DNA from: Massalongia carnosa
Lineage: Eukaryota
DNA: 64,000 bases
Reading direction: 5' to 3'
NCBI GenBank assembly: GCA_965645245.1
Contig: OZ287073.1
Span: 434,001 to 498,000, forward strand
Every line of letters starts with the position of its first letter. The stretch's first letter is position 1. The notes under the pieces are model-generated. The model had not been told where the DNA came from. It did no database searches and was given only the letters and a program-made list of their open reading frames with translations. Position numbers and translations under genes: made by a program. This document shows positions 22,720 to 35,252 of the stretch, one piece after another.

Positions 22720-25700
22720 CAGTGTTCGCAATGGAGTGATTCTTAATGGATATCCACTCCATTTAATCCACTCCAATCCACTCCAAAGGTTTTTTTTTTA
22801 AATGGAGTCCATCCAATAAGGTTTTAGGCTTAATGGAGTCACTCCAATAAGGATTTATCTAATGGAGTGGACTCCATGGAGTCCAATGGATTAGGGCCTA
22901 AAAATAGGTGGTGTTTTAGGTATAGCTCCAGGGGCCTTAAAGCTATGGTAATTCCCACATTTTAAGTGATATTTCACTTGTTTTACTGCTTTTATTCGTG
23001 TCAACCTACAAATATCACTTGCTATGGACTGAATTTGCTTCTATTTAAACTAGAAACCACCAAAATCCGTCCCGAACCGTACTTGCAGTGATGTCTGATA
23101 TTAGTGACGATACAACTACAACCCGCCCCGACCCTGGCGAGACAGAGTCAGTATTTGAGCTTCCTGGAGCATGTGATATCGACGTTCCTGAACGTATTAC
23201 GCGTGGCAGAAAGCGTACGGTTGGTTCAGCAGAGCTTGGGAATGAAGCTTCAAGAGTATTGATCCATATCCTTTATTTAATCAAGCTTATATATTAATAT
23301 ATGGCAGAGGTCTCCATCCCAGTCAGCCCTGAGCTTTTCTCGACGTTCCCCTGCACCCTCCACGACTTCCCAAGCTACGGAGCGTCCCCATATCATCCTG
23401 AGCGGCACTATATACTCTGAGAACGACAGGAACGCTCCTGGTAACCATTCCAGCAGCCCTTCTAGGCCGTCACCTATAACCTCTATTGAAGGCAGGGTTA
23501 TTGGTGGCCAGTTTTCGTCTCCTACAAGTGCAATAGCTTCAAAGAGAGCTAGAGCGAGCCGTAGTTGGATATGGGATTGGGGCACCAAGGCAGAGAGGGA
23601 GGGCAAGGCCTATTGGGTGTGTAACAAATGTAAAGTACCAGATTTATACTTATTTGCCATGTTTGCTATGAAAATTTGTATAGAACTCAGTGTAATTCCG
23701 CCCATTTTATATGTACCGAACCATCGAGTTGTCATTTTGACATGTACTATACATTTGTCCAATATCTATTTAATTTATATTAACGATTATTAAAGCTAAT
23801 TAACTACAGGTGTTGCAGACGGTTCTAATACTGAGTATATGATCACAAACGGCACTGCTTCATGTGGAGAGCACTTACGAAAGGACCATAATCTTGTTCC
23901 ACCTAAGGAAGCAGCTGCTAGGGCATCTATCTCTGTTGTTGAACATCTTCAACAAGGGGTAGTAGTTGCTCCTTTTAGTCCAGAAGTCTTTCGACAAAAG
24001 CTCTTACGATTTCTTTGTATTTGTCATATTCCTTTTGCCATTGTAGAGCAGCGTGCTTTTCGAGACCTGCTTTTATATTCAAGTCCGTATTTACGAGGCA
24101 ATGATACACTCCCCAAGTCGGGCAATTCCATTAAAGCTGCACTATTAGAGATATTTCTAGCTTGTCAACTTGTATTGATTCAGTTATTAGTGGAAAGCAA
24201 CTGCCAAGTCCATATATCCTTTGACTTATGGTCGTCTCCTAATAATTTCTCTATGCTAGGTCTTTGCTGTCACTTTATTGATCGTTCCTGGCAAGCACGT
24301 ACAGTGATTCTTGGCATGAAGCGTCTTATTGGACCCCATAGTGGAGAGAATATGTCAAAATTAATAGTCAAGGCCCTTGAAGCTTATAAACTAGGGGGTA
24401 GGCTCGGCTACTGTGTTTTGGATAATGCCGGTGATAATGACACTTGCTTGAGAGCAGTCGAGGAACATCTCCTTTTGCAGGGAGTTAGGTGGGACGCTGA
24501 TACTCACCGACTACGTTGTTTCGGCCATATCGTTAATCTCGTGGCAACTGCATTCTTAGAGAACAAACCTACGAAGCAAGCGCGTCAACGACTCCCAGGG
24601 GAGCCCAAGGCAGTCTGGAAACGTCCAATAGATGCTATTACGAAGCTTCATGTGATTATTGTCTTTATAATGGCCACCGCTCAAAGGATCGAGCAGTTTG
24701 AAGGGATTAATAAGACGATTCAAGACCCTCTCTTGCATCCAATTAAAGAGCAAATCACTAGATGGTTTTCAACTCTTAATATGCTTCGACGGGCCATTCA
24801 AATCAAAGACTCTCTTGATCTATTCGTCCATCGTAACTCTGAGCAATCATTTACTGAGAAGACTCTTTTTGATTCGCAAATGACGATTGACGATTGGAAC
24901 TACGCCAAGGAAGTGATTGCTTTTATGGAACCACTCGAAGAGCTTATGATGAGTTTACAAGGAAGAGAGATGTCTGGTATATTATATAAGCTTTAAATAA
25001 CTCGATAATCACTAAGCTTTTAATAGGAAATAATGGTTACGCTCACCAAGTGCTCCCTTCATATGATTTAATAAAAAAGGGGATGGAAGAGCAGCTATTT
25101 GGCTTTGAGCTTGATGAAGTCGATCAGTCAAACCCACAGGAACTAGCTAGTAAACGACTGGAACTGAACATTATTAACGCCATGCAAAAGCTAGAGAAAT
25201 ACCGTCAACTACTCACTTCCCCTATTTATTTAGTGGCCGTCGTCCTGATGCCCTGGTATAAGTGGACTTATTTTGAGGATAGTATGAGTGCTAGTGACCT
25301 TGCTCAAGCTCGTACGAAGGTCCAAAAACTTTGGCAAGACTTATATGCAAATATAGAGGTTGCTGAAGATGATACACCGTCACCTGGAAGTCAAAATAAT
25401 AAGGTATATTAACACTTATTAATATAAAAACACGGCTAACTATATTTGTAGCACGCTAAGCCCTCCCTTTTGAAGGAACACCTTAAAAAGGAGTACAAAC
25501 AAAGCTAAATCCACTGTCAGAGATGAATATAGACGGTACTGTAATACAGAACCAGTTGATGAAGATGGTTGCGGGTTCTCTGGCCACTTAGAATGGTGGA
25601 AAGCTCACGAGCCTCACTATCCTAGACTAGCTCAAATGGCCAGGGATATATTCTCTGTGCCTGGCATGAGTGCAGAGGTCGAACGCTTGTTCTCTTCGTC

Positions 25701-26529
25701 CAAATTGATGATTCCAGATCATAGGAATCGTCTAAAACCCGACTTTATTGAGGCAGGAGAGTGTATTAGAAGCTGGGCCATGGGTGGGCTAGTTCTAGGA
25801 GACTATTTCGAGTACTTACCAGCGTACCAGAAGGCAGGAGAGAAGTTCGGGGATCAAGGGAACCCATAGGAGGTGGGATGAGTGCATGGTTGCCAAGGGG
25901 ACTAGAAGTTGCTATTTGCTATGTTTGATGGCAAATTTGGCATTGCTGGAAAGGTTCTTTTAGGTATCTTTTGAATTTTTCCTAGTTAATTTTAGTTGAA
26001 AGGTTCAAAAACTACTTTGAGTTCGTGGAGAACAAATGCAAAAACACTCCTTCCTCATCACTTCAACATCGCAACCTCAATCTACCACCTATATTTCAGA
26101 CTCTACCCCCTAGCCGAGGTTTACCGGGCCATGGAAGGTGCGAAAATCCAGCCAAAATCATCAAAACACAAAGGTCGTCGTCCTCGCTTAGCTGGGTCGT
26201 CGTCTCGATTAGGCAATTTATATCTACTACAAAGTGGTTTTACGCTCGAGGGAGGTTCCGGAAAGGTTTGTACGCACTGCACTTCAGTGGAGTCCATGGA
26301 GTCCATGGATTAAATGGATTAAATGGATTTAATCCAGTGGAGTCCACTGGATTTACTCCACTGGAGATCCATGGACTCCGATCCACTCCATCCATTAAAT
26401 ATATTCCTTAATGGAGTCCAATCCATTAAGGTTTAATCTTAATGGACTCCAATCCATATAGGTCTAGACTTAATGGATTGGATTGGAGCGCCACTCCAAT
26501 CCAATCCAGTCACTCCATTGCGAACACTG
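22720..26529 (+). mobile_element. hAT DNA transposon
   Basis: 20-bp TIR CAGTGTTCGCAATGGAGTGA; 8-bp TSD CATGGGAA at 22712-22719 and 26530-26537; dense subterminal ATGGA/TCCAT repeats at both ends. Confidence 0.97.
23091..25869 (+). CDS. hAT transposase, intron-containing; intactness uncertain
   Basis: BED finger (WVCNKC...HLRKDH), SFDLW, LDNA, CFGH, TRWFS and dimerisation domain AEVERLFSS; likely introns at about 23630-23809, 24977-25026 and 25403-25451; possible frameshift near 25500. Confidence 0.8.
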
Positions 26530-27202
26530 CATGGGAACGATTATGTGCAGTTATATAATAATGCGGTTCGATATCGCTTTTTGCGTCTGCTGGTGGTTGA
26601 AACCAGCTCGTCTCGGTGTGGACAATCTCAAACCCAGCTTGCCTCAACAGAGTATCCCAGCCACCCCTGGTATAGAGATGATTTCCTATACTGCTCCCCA
26701 TAAAGGTATGCTCGATCCCCCGTGCGCAAAGTCCATCAGAATCGAACATGTGAGGCTCGGTCGGAAAGTCTTCGGCCACCATGGTACCAATAAAGATCGA
26801 TCCATTTGGTTTAATCCACTCGGACCACTTGACTGCCATGGCATACATCTCGTCTCGAGTAAGCTGGAAGGTAGAGAAGATCGAAAAGGCGGCGTCAAAG
26901 GCAATGCTTGGGTTGTAGTCGAGCATGTTGACAGTCTCGAAAGTGCCCTCCGGAACCTGCTTTCGACTTAGGTCAATCATGACCGGGGAGAAGTCAATGC
27001 CATGTAGCTGACGCCCGCTGGTAGCAACCATGCTGGATGTAGGCTTCCCCGTACCACAACCAATGTCTAGTACTTTCGCGTTTTGGGGGAGTGTATCAAG
27101 CGCGCCTTGAACAAAGTTTCGCAATCCCACATCGTGTCCAAAAGCTTTCTCATAACGAATACCCAAGTTATCAAAGAAGTTTACTTCCGGGTTGAGAGCC
27201 AT
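26510..27202 (-). CDS. Class I SAM-dependent methyltransferase
   Basis: Motif I VLDIGCGTG, GIDFS, FDAAFS, IKPNG; ATG at 27202; the last codons come from the hAT TIR. Confidence 0.88.
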   Translation of the reverse strand: MALNPEVNFFDNLGIRYEKAFGHDVGLRNFVQGALDTLPQNAKVLDIGCGTGKPTSSMVATSGRQLHGIDFSPVMIDLSRKQVPEGTFETVNMLDYNPSIAFDAAFSIFSTFQLTRDEMYAMAVKWSEWIKPNGSIFIGTMVAEDFPTEPHMFDSDGLCARGIEHTFMGSSIGNHLYTRGGWDTLLRQAGFEIVHTETSWFQPPADAKSDIEPHYYITAHNRSHAVFAME

Positions 27203-28678
27203 CAAGCTAAGAAGCGATAAAACCGACAACTAAAGTAGAAGCGAGTAGAACCGAAAGATATCGGCGGCAGGATTGAAAGATAATGAGCGCGAGATTAGAA
27301 AGCAAAGATTGCAAAAAGATGGTCTTTGGGGCCGGAATAAAATATCATAAATGGGAGAGAAGGGCAAAGTCGAGGAAGAAATAGGAAAGACCGTTTTGCG
27401 GGTAGCGAGACGAGATATTTGAGGTCAGACAAGGTCTAAATATTTGTCAAAGAGCAGCGGGGTCACTGTAGTGTAGAGATCGTGTAAGTGTAATCGTTGT
27501 TCATGCATGCGTCGATCATGCAACATGTTTACGTTGTAAGACTAAACCAGCAAAAGGAGCAACTTGCAGCTGTTAGAACAGTGACTTGCATCAGGCGGAA
27601 TGGTAGTTCTGGGCAATTGATTTTACTAGTTCGACAAACGAGTTCTTGCATATGCACAAACGAAACGATTGACTTTCTAACCGTGCGACCGAGGACTTCC
27701 ATGACGCTATCATCTCCTTGACGCATTTCTCAAACTATTTACGAAGGATGACGCCGAAAGTCCTTGCTAACGCTAAATATGCAGCTAAAAAGGCCACTTT
27801 ACATGGGTATATTTGCATTGATAGGTAGATAGTTATTAAATATCAATCCATCGAATAATCGCATGAAGCTATTCAGAATTATCACCATCATTATCTTTAT
27901 CACTTATACTCATCGCTGTCAGTGCTTTCTCGTTTGAGATGAGCGCGATGATATCGAACACGGCGATCTTCTTTATTATACGGTCGTACGACTCCGATCT
28001 CTCTACCTTCTCTATACTCGTTACCTCCGTCCAACAATATCACCTCGTCAACATGTCGCTTTATACGTTCAATCCAGGACTGAATTCTTTTCTGCGTCAA
28101 CTCCTCCGTCCAGCACTTTGTCCAGGCCTTTTCAGCCTCAATACGAGTCCTCGGAGCACCTAATCGAGTTGTTCTTCGCTTCATCCAGAACCAGCAAGGC
28201 TCGATCATGTTCAGATCAGGAGAATTTCCAGGCCATAACAGACGCATGACGTTGAAATCCATAAAGATCAGATTTTGATGTTTGGATGCGTGACTGGGGG
28301 CCTTGTCTTCCTGTACGATAGTGTTTGGTCGATCTATCATACATTCTTTTGCAAACGGAAGAAGCTTAGGAATTAAGACGAGTTTTTCATAACGATATCA
28401 GTCTACTCCTCCCTTGCCATCTCGAACGACTTTACCGTGTGTTTTATCCCATTTCCAGATAGGTTTTCGACCTCCTGGATTACGTAGCTTCATTCGTCTC
28501 ATGCTTGTTTCTAACTCCCAATCCTCTTTAGCTTCTGATTCTAAAGTCTTATTGAGTTTATCTAACTCAATTTGAGCCTCTCTTTTCTCTTTTGCGGTCT
28601 CTGTTTTTCAGATATGAAAAGGTTCTTTCTTATCGTACGAAAAACAGCCCCAAAACAAAAACTCGGAGCATCCTTTCC

Positions 28679-30457
28679 GAGATGCTTAGGGACAGTCTCC
28701 CCCCGACCGTCCCCCTGTGTAGATCTTTACTAGTAAACAGCCACTTTAATACTCATCCAGGATGCGTACAAGCTAGTATGCAACTGCCAACAGCACATTA
28801 AACTCTTTTCGGTTTAAATCGTATGACGTGTTATTGCTACTAATAAAGCATACCCTCACCCTCACCCTCACTTACCATTTGCCCTTGCCTATAAGAAAAT
28901 CGGTGCAGAAAATATGTGATGAGGTGCGGAAAAAACAATTAGATCAGGAGATTTTGTGCAATCAACAGCGAATACGCAATCCTAGATTGATCGATAGAAA
29001 TGCTTTTACGCTACTCATTGGGAAAATTACGCATCATGCCATTGGCCTCGTTTCAAGAGAACTCGATGCCGCCAAATCATTAGCTGAGAATCCTTTCTAT
29101 TGTCCCTGATGGTGGAAGCTGTGTTTATGATTGTGAATTGCCTTTAAGGTACGGTCTCCTATGCAAATGCTGGTTGTATAAATGCATCATCGACTCGGTC
29201 CCTATTCCCGTTTCCCTCATCCACCCCCGCTAGTTTTTTGATGGCCCACCTTATGCGGTCTCTTGGCAAATGACCTTCGATTTCGCTCGCGGCTCGGAGC
29301 CCGAGGTCGAAAAGATCGTCGATGAGGTCGAAGGCACGGGAGAGATTGAGGCGGATAAGGATGAGGTCGAGCTCGAAGAAGGCGTGTAGAGTGAGGATAG
29401 ATTTGATTTCGCCGCGGGGGCCTTGATTTGCTACATTCTGTGGCATATCAATCTATTGACCTGCATCAATCAATAGAAGATTCTCATCGAAGGGAGGAGT
29501 ACGCTCGCGAGCATTCTCACATCGTTGAAAAGTTCAATAAGAAATGGGCAAAAGAAGGAACTGGTAAGACCTCTCATCCCCACCACATTCCCCGACGAGA
29601 TTCGGCCCAAAGAAAACCTCATGTATAAGAAAGGAGGGAGTCGTCGACGTGCCTACACTGGTCGCGAGGCAGCTGAGGCTAGAGAAACTGAACAGCGACG
29701 TACTAGGCGAAGGGACTCTATTGAACAAGGGAGGAGGCTTAGATATAATAGATTGCGTGCTAGGGGCGACGACGAGGTTGAAGGTGAAACAGAAGGTAAA
29801 ATTCACGATGTTGCAAAGTTATTGCGCTCGGGTCGGCTAATATTGGGTACAATAGGTTTAGGAGATAACTTAGTTATGGAGAGAATCGAAAACGCGTCTA
29901 TCGTCTCCGACGACGATGACGAGGTGCAGTATATAAGCACTCGGCCCATTCTCGGTCGTTCTATGGATCCTATGCTTCCTTCGGATGACGATAATGATTT
30001 TATTCTTACATCAGAAGCCTCGTCGGATTCGCTCGAAGATATTGACGATGTGCTTGCCAAGCATAGTCAAAAAGCCCTACCTGAGGCTGCGCCGCCTCCA
30101 TCTCTTTATAGTCTTAGCCAAAACGTGCGCGCCAGTTAAATTCTCCCTACTTCCTCTGCAACAATGCGAAGGTCTCGGGGTGTGACGAAGAAATCAAACG
30201 GCGATGAGAAAGACGGTTGAAATCATGAAGCCTTGAAAAGATGATGTATCGCAATTGATTGACGAGTTTTTGGAGTTGAAGTCATCGCAATAGGTAGATT
30301 TGTAGGTGTTGAATACACTTAGTCAGTAACAGCAACATTATTAATACGTAGTGTAACTGTTAGCTTGTACGCACCCTGGATGAGTATTAAAGTGGCTGTT
30401 TACTGGTAAAGATCTACACAGGGGGACGGTCGGGGGGGGACTGTCCCTAAGCATCTC
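28679..30457 (+). mobile_element. Internally deleted Mutator (MULE) element, copy 1
   Basis: About 100-bp TIRs starting GAGATGCTTAGGGACAG; TSD GCATCCTTTCC (or its 9-bp core); SWIM-like CVYDCELPLRYGLPC remnant; no DDE core. Confidence 0.85.
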
Positions 30458-30786
30458 GCATCCTTTCCATCTACGTCGAATACACGTTTCACCATACATT
30501 TCTTTCGAGGTACGCCACTGAAGTCTTCTTCCACGTCTAGAACCCAATATAATACCTACTTGTTTTGTCAGTCCATATAACGTTCTTCCAATTATCAATA
30601 GTCCAGTGCTGATATTGCAAACAAAATTGCAGACGAGCCTCTTTCATGATCGAATCTAGACCTGGCTTTTTCGTGCTTTTACAGGGGCGAAACCCATTCT
30701 GTTTAAGCGTACGAAGTATAGTAGTGGAGGAGAGTTTATGATCAAAGCCAATCATAGCTGATGATTTTTCTCCGCTATTTCGATCT

Positions 30787-30957
30787 TGTAACGGTTCGAC
30801 CAAGCGTGGTGCGGACGGCAGGACCTACAGCGAACATAGCAGGAGTCCCAGTTATAGTAGAATAGAGCTTGGTCTGCGGACTAAGTATTGTGCCTTTTGG
30901 TCGGGAAGGACAGGTGGCGCAATGGTAGAAATCTATTCACTATCTCGCTTCGTCACA
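30787..30957. mobile_element. Solo LTR (171 bp)
   Basis: TGT...ACA ends; TSD GATCT. Confidence 0.8.
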
Positions 30958-31439
30958 GATCTTACACTACATTATTCAATATAGCTTGCTCTACCTCTGG
31001 TGTAACCTTTTTAAGTCGTCCTGAACGAGGTGCATCTTCTATATATTTCTACTTTTAAAATACGAGATACAGCTGGATCATATCCACGCTGTCGTGCTTT
31101 GATTTTGAGAGCTGAAATCGATCTTGTGGAGACTCAAGTCACTGCTTGGACGATTTTCGCCGCAATTCCGTGTTCTACAAGCGCTAAAGCCTGTATTCTA
31201 TGACCCTTATCGGTGCCGTTACCTTCGCTTGCGCTGGGGGGGGCTTTTAATTGGATGAATTGATTTGAATGCTTGAATTTGATTGGGCATGGGAACGACA
31301 CAGGTCAGCCCGGGCAGGCCTAGGCACGTGACTCGGGGTCGGTGCTGAGGTGAGAACCTCATCTTCTAGACCCGAGGCGTCTGCTGACGCTCAACGATCC
31401 GATAGATGATGCCCGACGGCAGTGCCCGACGGCGATGAT

Positions 31440-32603
31440 CTAGATGGAGGTGCCCGGCGGCGCTCCGGATCGATGCCCTGGTTGACCTGTACGCCCAATG
31501 GAATGCCCAATTGAGTAGGGGTAGGAGTTTGTAGGATTCGTCTCGGCGACGACAGCACGTGGGACTGCCAGAGGGATGCCTTTTTGAAAACTGAGGTTCA
31601 AATTGAATAGTGAGGCCTGGGACGTCTGAAAGTATAGCTGAAACGCGTTTGATGACCATCTTCCGACTCTCTGAATACTCTCATCCAGCATCCCGTGGTC
31701 GGCGGCGTGTTGTGCTGCTCCTTTTCTGAAGCTGTGTCCCGAGTATGCCGAGTCGTTGATGCCGGCGGCTATCAGTCTCTTTTTCAGGGATGCTATGACG
31801 GAGGCTCTGGTGAATGCGGTGCCGAGACGAAAAAGCGGGGATGTAGATGGCTGAGGATCATTTCTGAAAAGACGCCGTAGTGCTGTCACGGGGCAAGTGC
31901 TCTCATTGGTCGCTGCTAGCACTATCTGAACTCCTGAGTGATTTGTGTCTGTTTTGCTTCTTTTGAGACGTAATGTCGCGTATTGATCGTTCTCGGCGAA
32001 TGAGATGTCACCTCGTGTAGGTTTCAATCTCTGAAAAGATGTCTTCTTACGATCGGCGACAGTGTAGGTGATTTCCCCGAGTCTGAGGAACCCTGCCCAT
32101 GCAACTTTGAATGTCGCGTCGATGTTGAGGTCTTCGGCCGAATGAGCGGGAATACTGGTGATTTTTGTCAGTAATTCTTTTGAAATGGGTAGGCGTCTTC
32201 TTTTTGTCTGAGAAAAGATCCTTTTTCCCCCTTTCAGCATCAATTGAAGTCTCGGCCCCTCGAATGGGGTGAGGCCGTATCCTCGGTCTACATGGTATGA
32301 TCTGAGGCCGGCGAGGTAGCTCGCTGCCGTCTCTGGTTTTATCTTTCCCTGCTTGGGTGTGCCGCCCCGGTATAGTCGACCGGCTAGCCATTCCTCGAGG
32401 GACTCGGTTGTTGCAGGCCACGACGTGCGTCCCGTCGTCGCACAGAATGCCTCGTATGAGTCGATCGCCGTCCCGTACCCTTTTCTCGTGTCCGCCGAGT
32501 GTCCGTGCCAGACGAGGCGTTTTACCAGGGCTGACCCTGGTGTGGAGGATAGGTAGGTGGAGGGAGGTTCATCGAATTGTATGGGTTCTGCCAATGAGGG
32601 CAA
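31440..32603 (-). CDS. Tyrosine recombinase of the YR element
   Basis: Catalytic residues FLRLGE (R), SKTD (K), HSFR (H,R), GRWSS (W), QLY (Y); overlaps the end of RNase H. Confidence 0.92.
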   Translation of the reverse strand: MPSLAEPIQFDEPPSTYLSSTPGSALVKRLVWHGHSADTRKGYGTAIDSYEAFCATTGRTSWPATTESLEEWLAGRLYRGGTPKQGKIKPETAASYLAGLRSYHVDRGYGLTPFEGPRLQLMLKGGKRIFSQTKRRRLPISKELLTKITSIPAHSAEDLNIDATFKVAWAGFLRLGEITYTVADRKKTSFQRLKPTRGDISFAENDQYATLRLKRSKTDTNHSGVQIVLAATNESTCPVTALRRLFRNDPQPSTSPLFRLGTAFTRASVIASLKKRLIAAGINDSAYSGHSFRKGAAQHAADHGMLDESIQRVGRWSSNAFQLYFQTSQASLFNLNLSFQKGIPLAVPRAVVAETNPTNSYPYSIGHSIGRTGQPGHRSGAPPGTSI

Positions 32604-34220
32604 AAGTTAGCCAATCTTTCATCATCAAAACGTGACAGGGCATCTGCTAGTCCATTGGAAGTGCCACTGATCCATTGACAACGTAGTACGATGTCCCACT
32701 TTGCAGCTATGGACAGTATTTCTCGTAGAGGCGCGTTGGCCGGTCCCTTGAGGGTTAGATTCGTGAATCCTGTGTATGCTGTGTTGCTGTCGGTAAAGAC
32801 AAGGATCTGTCGATGTCGCCATGTCGGCGCCCATTTCTGAAGGATTAGAAGGATAGCCTCGACTTCTCGGACGTTTATGCTCGGTGATTCTTCCTGATTG
32901 ACTAGGACTCGGGCCCTACATGCGTTTTTTTGATTCACGAGCTCGTTGTCTTGTTGAAAATAGCCTCCGAGACCCGTGAGGCATGCATCCGTATGCACCT
33001 TGATCGTGTCTCGTGTTGACGTCTCGAAGAAGACAATACCGTTGAAGTCCACTAAAAGTTTGTTCCACTAGATGAGATCCTGTCTGACCCATGTGGGAAT
33101 TCTTCTTTTGACCCGACGATGACTGCCCGAGGGAAATGAGGCTATAAAAATTCCAGAATAATCGTAAGAAGACTCGGCCCAATTTGACTGCCTGTGCGCA
33201 GAAGCTTAGGAAGCCCGCTATTGACTGCATGTCGCCGAGGCTGATTGTCGTCTCGTTTAGTGCCTTTGTAGTGATGATTCTCGCTTTTTCCAGCTTGTCC
33301 GCTGGCAGACGAATAAGACTGTTGATGGTGTCGACCTCGAGTCCGAAGACTGTCGCTGTCGTTCCCTCGGCGTCTTTTGAGTCGTTTCTCGGGATGCCGA
33401 GAATGTCGGTGAGAATGTTGTAGGCTTTTGTTTCTTGGTGCAATCGTTCTGACGATGTCTCGGATGGGAAGATTGCAACGAAGTCGTCTAGATAGTGATG
33501 TAATCTCCATTGTAGAAAGGATTCCAAAATCCAATGAAAGCCTTCCGCAAAAAGATTGAAGATGAACGGGGCCGTCGACAGTCCGAACGAAAGGCATGTC
33601 TCGGTGTAGAATTCGTCATTCCATCCGAAACCCAGAAGCCATTGATGATGAGGTGCGACGGGAACGTTTCGAAAGGCGTCTTTGACGTCTCTTTTCACTA
33701 TGACAGCACCTTTGCCCTCTGACAGAATCAATTGAATAATGTCGTCGAGTCTGGCGTATTGTAATTTGGCCTCTTCTGGAATGTTGTCGTTGACTGATGT
33801 TTGATTGGGATGAGACAGATGATGAATGCGTCGCCATCCTCCGTCATGTTTCGGGACCAAGCCGAGGGGGGAGGCTACAAATGGCTGACTCGGGGCGGCT
33901 ATTCGTCTGACTCGGCCCTTCCTGAGGTCCTCTTGAAGCTTATTCTCGATCGTTTCCGGGTCCTCATTCGCTGATGTCAGATTTTTTTCGATCCGAAGGA
34001 TGTCTGTGGGGCCTTCGTATCCGATTTGTACTCCGAAACGAAGGATCATGGGCAGATGGACTCGGAGGGGGCCCGGATACTCTTGAAGTAGGGTTGCCCA
34101 TGCGGACGGTACGAGGGGAGATGGGCTGTCTTTCAAACGCTGACGAGATGCGTCTACGAGTTGAAACGAAGGGATTGTATTTGGTCTGATTGGTGCAGGT
34201 AAGCAGGGATGGGACGTCAT
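32522..34220 (-). pseudogene. RT/RNase H of the YR element
   Basis: SPLGLVPK, DVKDAF, LSFGL, YLDD; RNase H TDAC/REVE/TDS/ADALSR. An extra base in a T-run near 33148 and a TAG at 33068-33070 disrupt the fusion. Confidence 0.9.
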
Positions 34221-34265
34221 GAATTCAGCTATTGAAGCTATTCTACTGCCTCCTGCACCAACCCC

Positions 34266-35252
34266 CTATTTCTTCGTTGGGCATGTCTTCTGGCCATGCC
34301 CAGCCGCGCCGCACGATTTGCATTTGTGCTGTCGGTAGCACGACGGCCAGGTGCAGGTGCCGCTGTTGTACTTGTCGCAGATTTCTCCCGCTGCCTTCTC
34401 GGCCCTCTCGGCCCTGTCTCCTCTCGGGGTCGGTCGTCGGGACGGCGGGGATCGTGAGCGGCGACGGCGTAGGACTGTGAGGGGGGTGCAGAATCGAGCT
34501 TGGAATTCGTCGGGCATTTTCCATTGGGATGCGTCGGATGGCTGAGACGCGATGATGTGGGTGTGGGTTTCGATGGCGAGGGGGAGGACTGCTTCCTGCC
34601 ACTCGTACACCTTGGCCAGCGTGAGGATTTTTCCGTGGAATGCCGACATGGTGGCGTGAAGCTGTTGACTCGATTTCCCGAAAAGACTGACCATGATCGA
34701 GGTGCAGTTGATGAAGCTCTCGGTCCAGACGTCATGAACTGTCTTTCCGAAATCTTTGTAGGTCCCGGATGCCTTTCTCAACCTCAAGGCGCCGTCTTCG
34801 ATGCCGATGCGGTCTTGATCCTTGTATGACTCGTATTGCATGCCGTGCATGTGTCGGAGGCGGGAGAGGTTGATGGCTTTGAATTTATTTGAAAAGATCT
34901 TGATGATCTTGTCCTGTGGTAGGCCCGCGAAACGGGGTGCTATGCTTCTTACTTCGAGAAGGATCTCACCTAGGTCCTCGTCGTCATCGCCGACGACACG
35001 ACTCGGCTTGCCAGCAGGAATGACGGCCGCTATTCGGGCGTCAGATTCTCGGCGCATGCAGTCGATTTCTAGCTGCATTTTTTCCACCTCCTTCTCGGCG
35101 ACCAATGCCTTGGACTCGGCAATTCTAGCCTCAGCCTCGGCCGCCTTCGCTTCCGCCTCGGCTTTCTTCTTTTGTAGGGCGAAGATTTGATTGGACTGGG
35201 CCTGCGTCAATCCGACAATCTCCTGGGGGTCGGGGACTATGTCGTCCATCAA
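34266..35252 (-). CDS. ORF1 (gag-like) of the YR element
   Basis: Coiled-coil N-terminus; C-terminal CDKYNSGTCTWPSCYRQH plus CKSCGAAGHGQKTC zinc fingers. Confidence 0.8.
   Translation of the reverse strand: MMDDIVPDPQEIVGLTQAQSNQIFALQKKKAEAEAKAAEAEARIAESKALVAEKEVEKMQLEIDCMRRESDARIAAVIPAGKPSRVVGDDDEDLGEILLEVRSIAPRFAGLPQDKIIKIFSNKFKAINLSRLRHMHGMQYESYKDQDRIGIEDGALRLRKASGTYKDFGKTVHDVWTESFINCTSIMVSLFGKSSQQLHATMSAFHGKILTLAKVYEWQEAVLPLAIETHTHIIASQPSDASQWKMPDEFQARFCTPLTVLRRRRSRSPPSRRPTPRGDRAERAEKAAGEICDKYNSGTCTWPSCYRQHKCKSCGAAGHGQKTCPTKK

Larger units (their letters stand above)
27900..31290 (-). pseudogene. Tc1-type DDE transposase, fragmented
   Basis: VIWTD, QEDKAPSH and SPDLNMIE in pieces at 30460-31290 and 27900-28677; stops and frameshifts. 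Confidence 0.85.

Noticed and set aside
26280..26520. Independent satellite of ATGGA/TCCAT motifs
   Set aside because: Mirrored at 22730-22890; these are hAT subterminal repeats.
29525..30139. Host gene duplicated at 38307-38921
   Set aside because: Lies within MULE TIRs downstream of a SWIM remnant and starts at TTG; best explained as a transposase C-terminal remnant.
31440..32603. Starship captain or Crypton recombinase
   Set aside because: Short, intronless, overlapping the RNase H of a retroelement and bounded within 4.3 kb.
31440..34220. Prokaryotic RT plus integrase system (retron, DGR or phage integrase)
   Set aside because: RT/RNase H motifs, the zinc-finger ORF1 and the overlapping layout match DIRS/Ngaro retrotransposons in a eukaryotic context.
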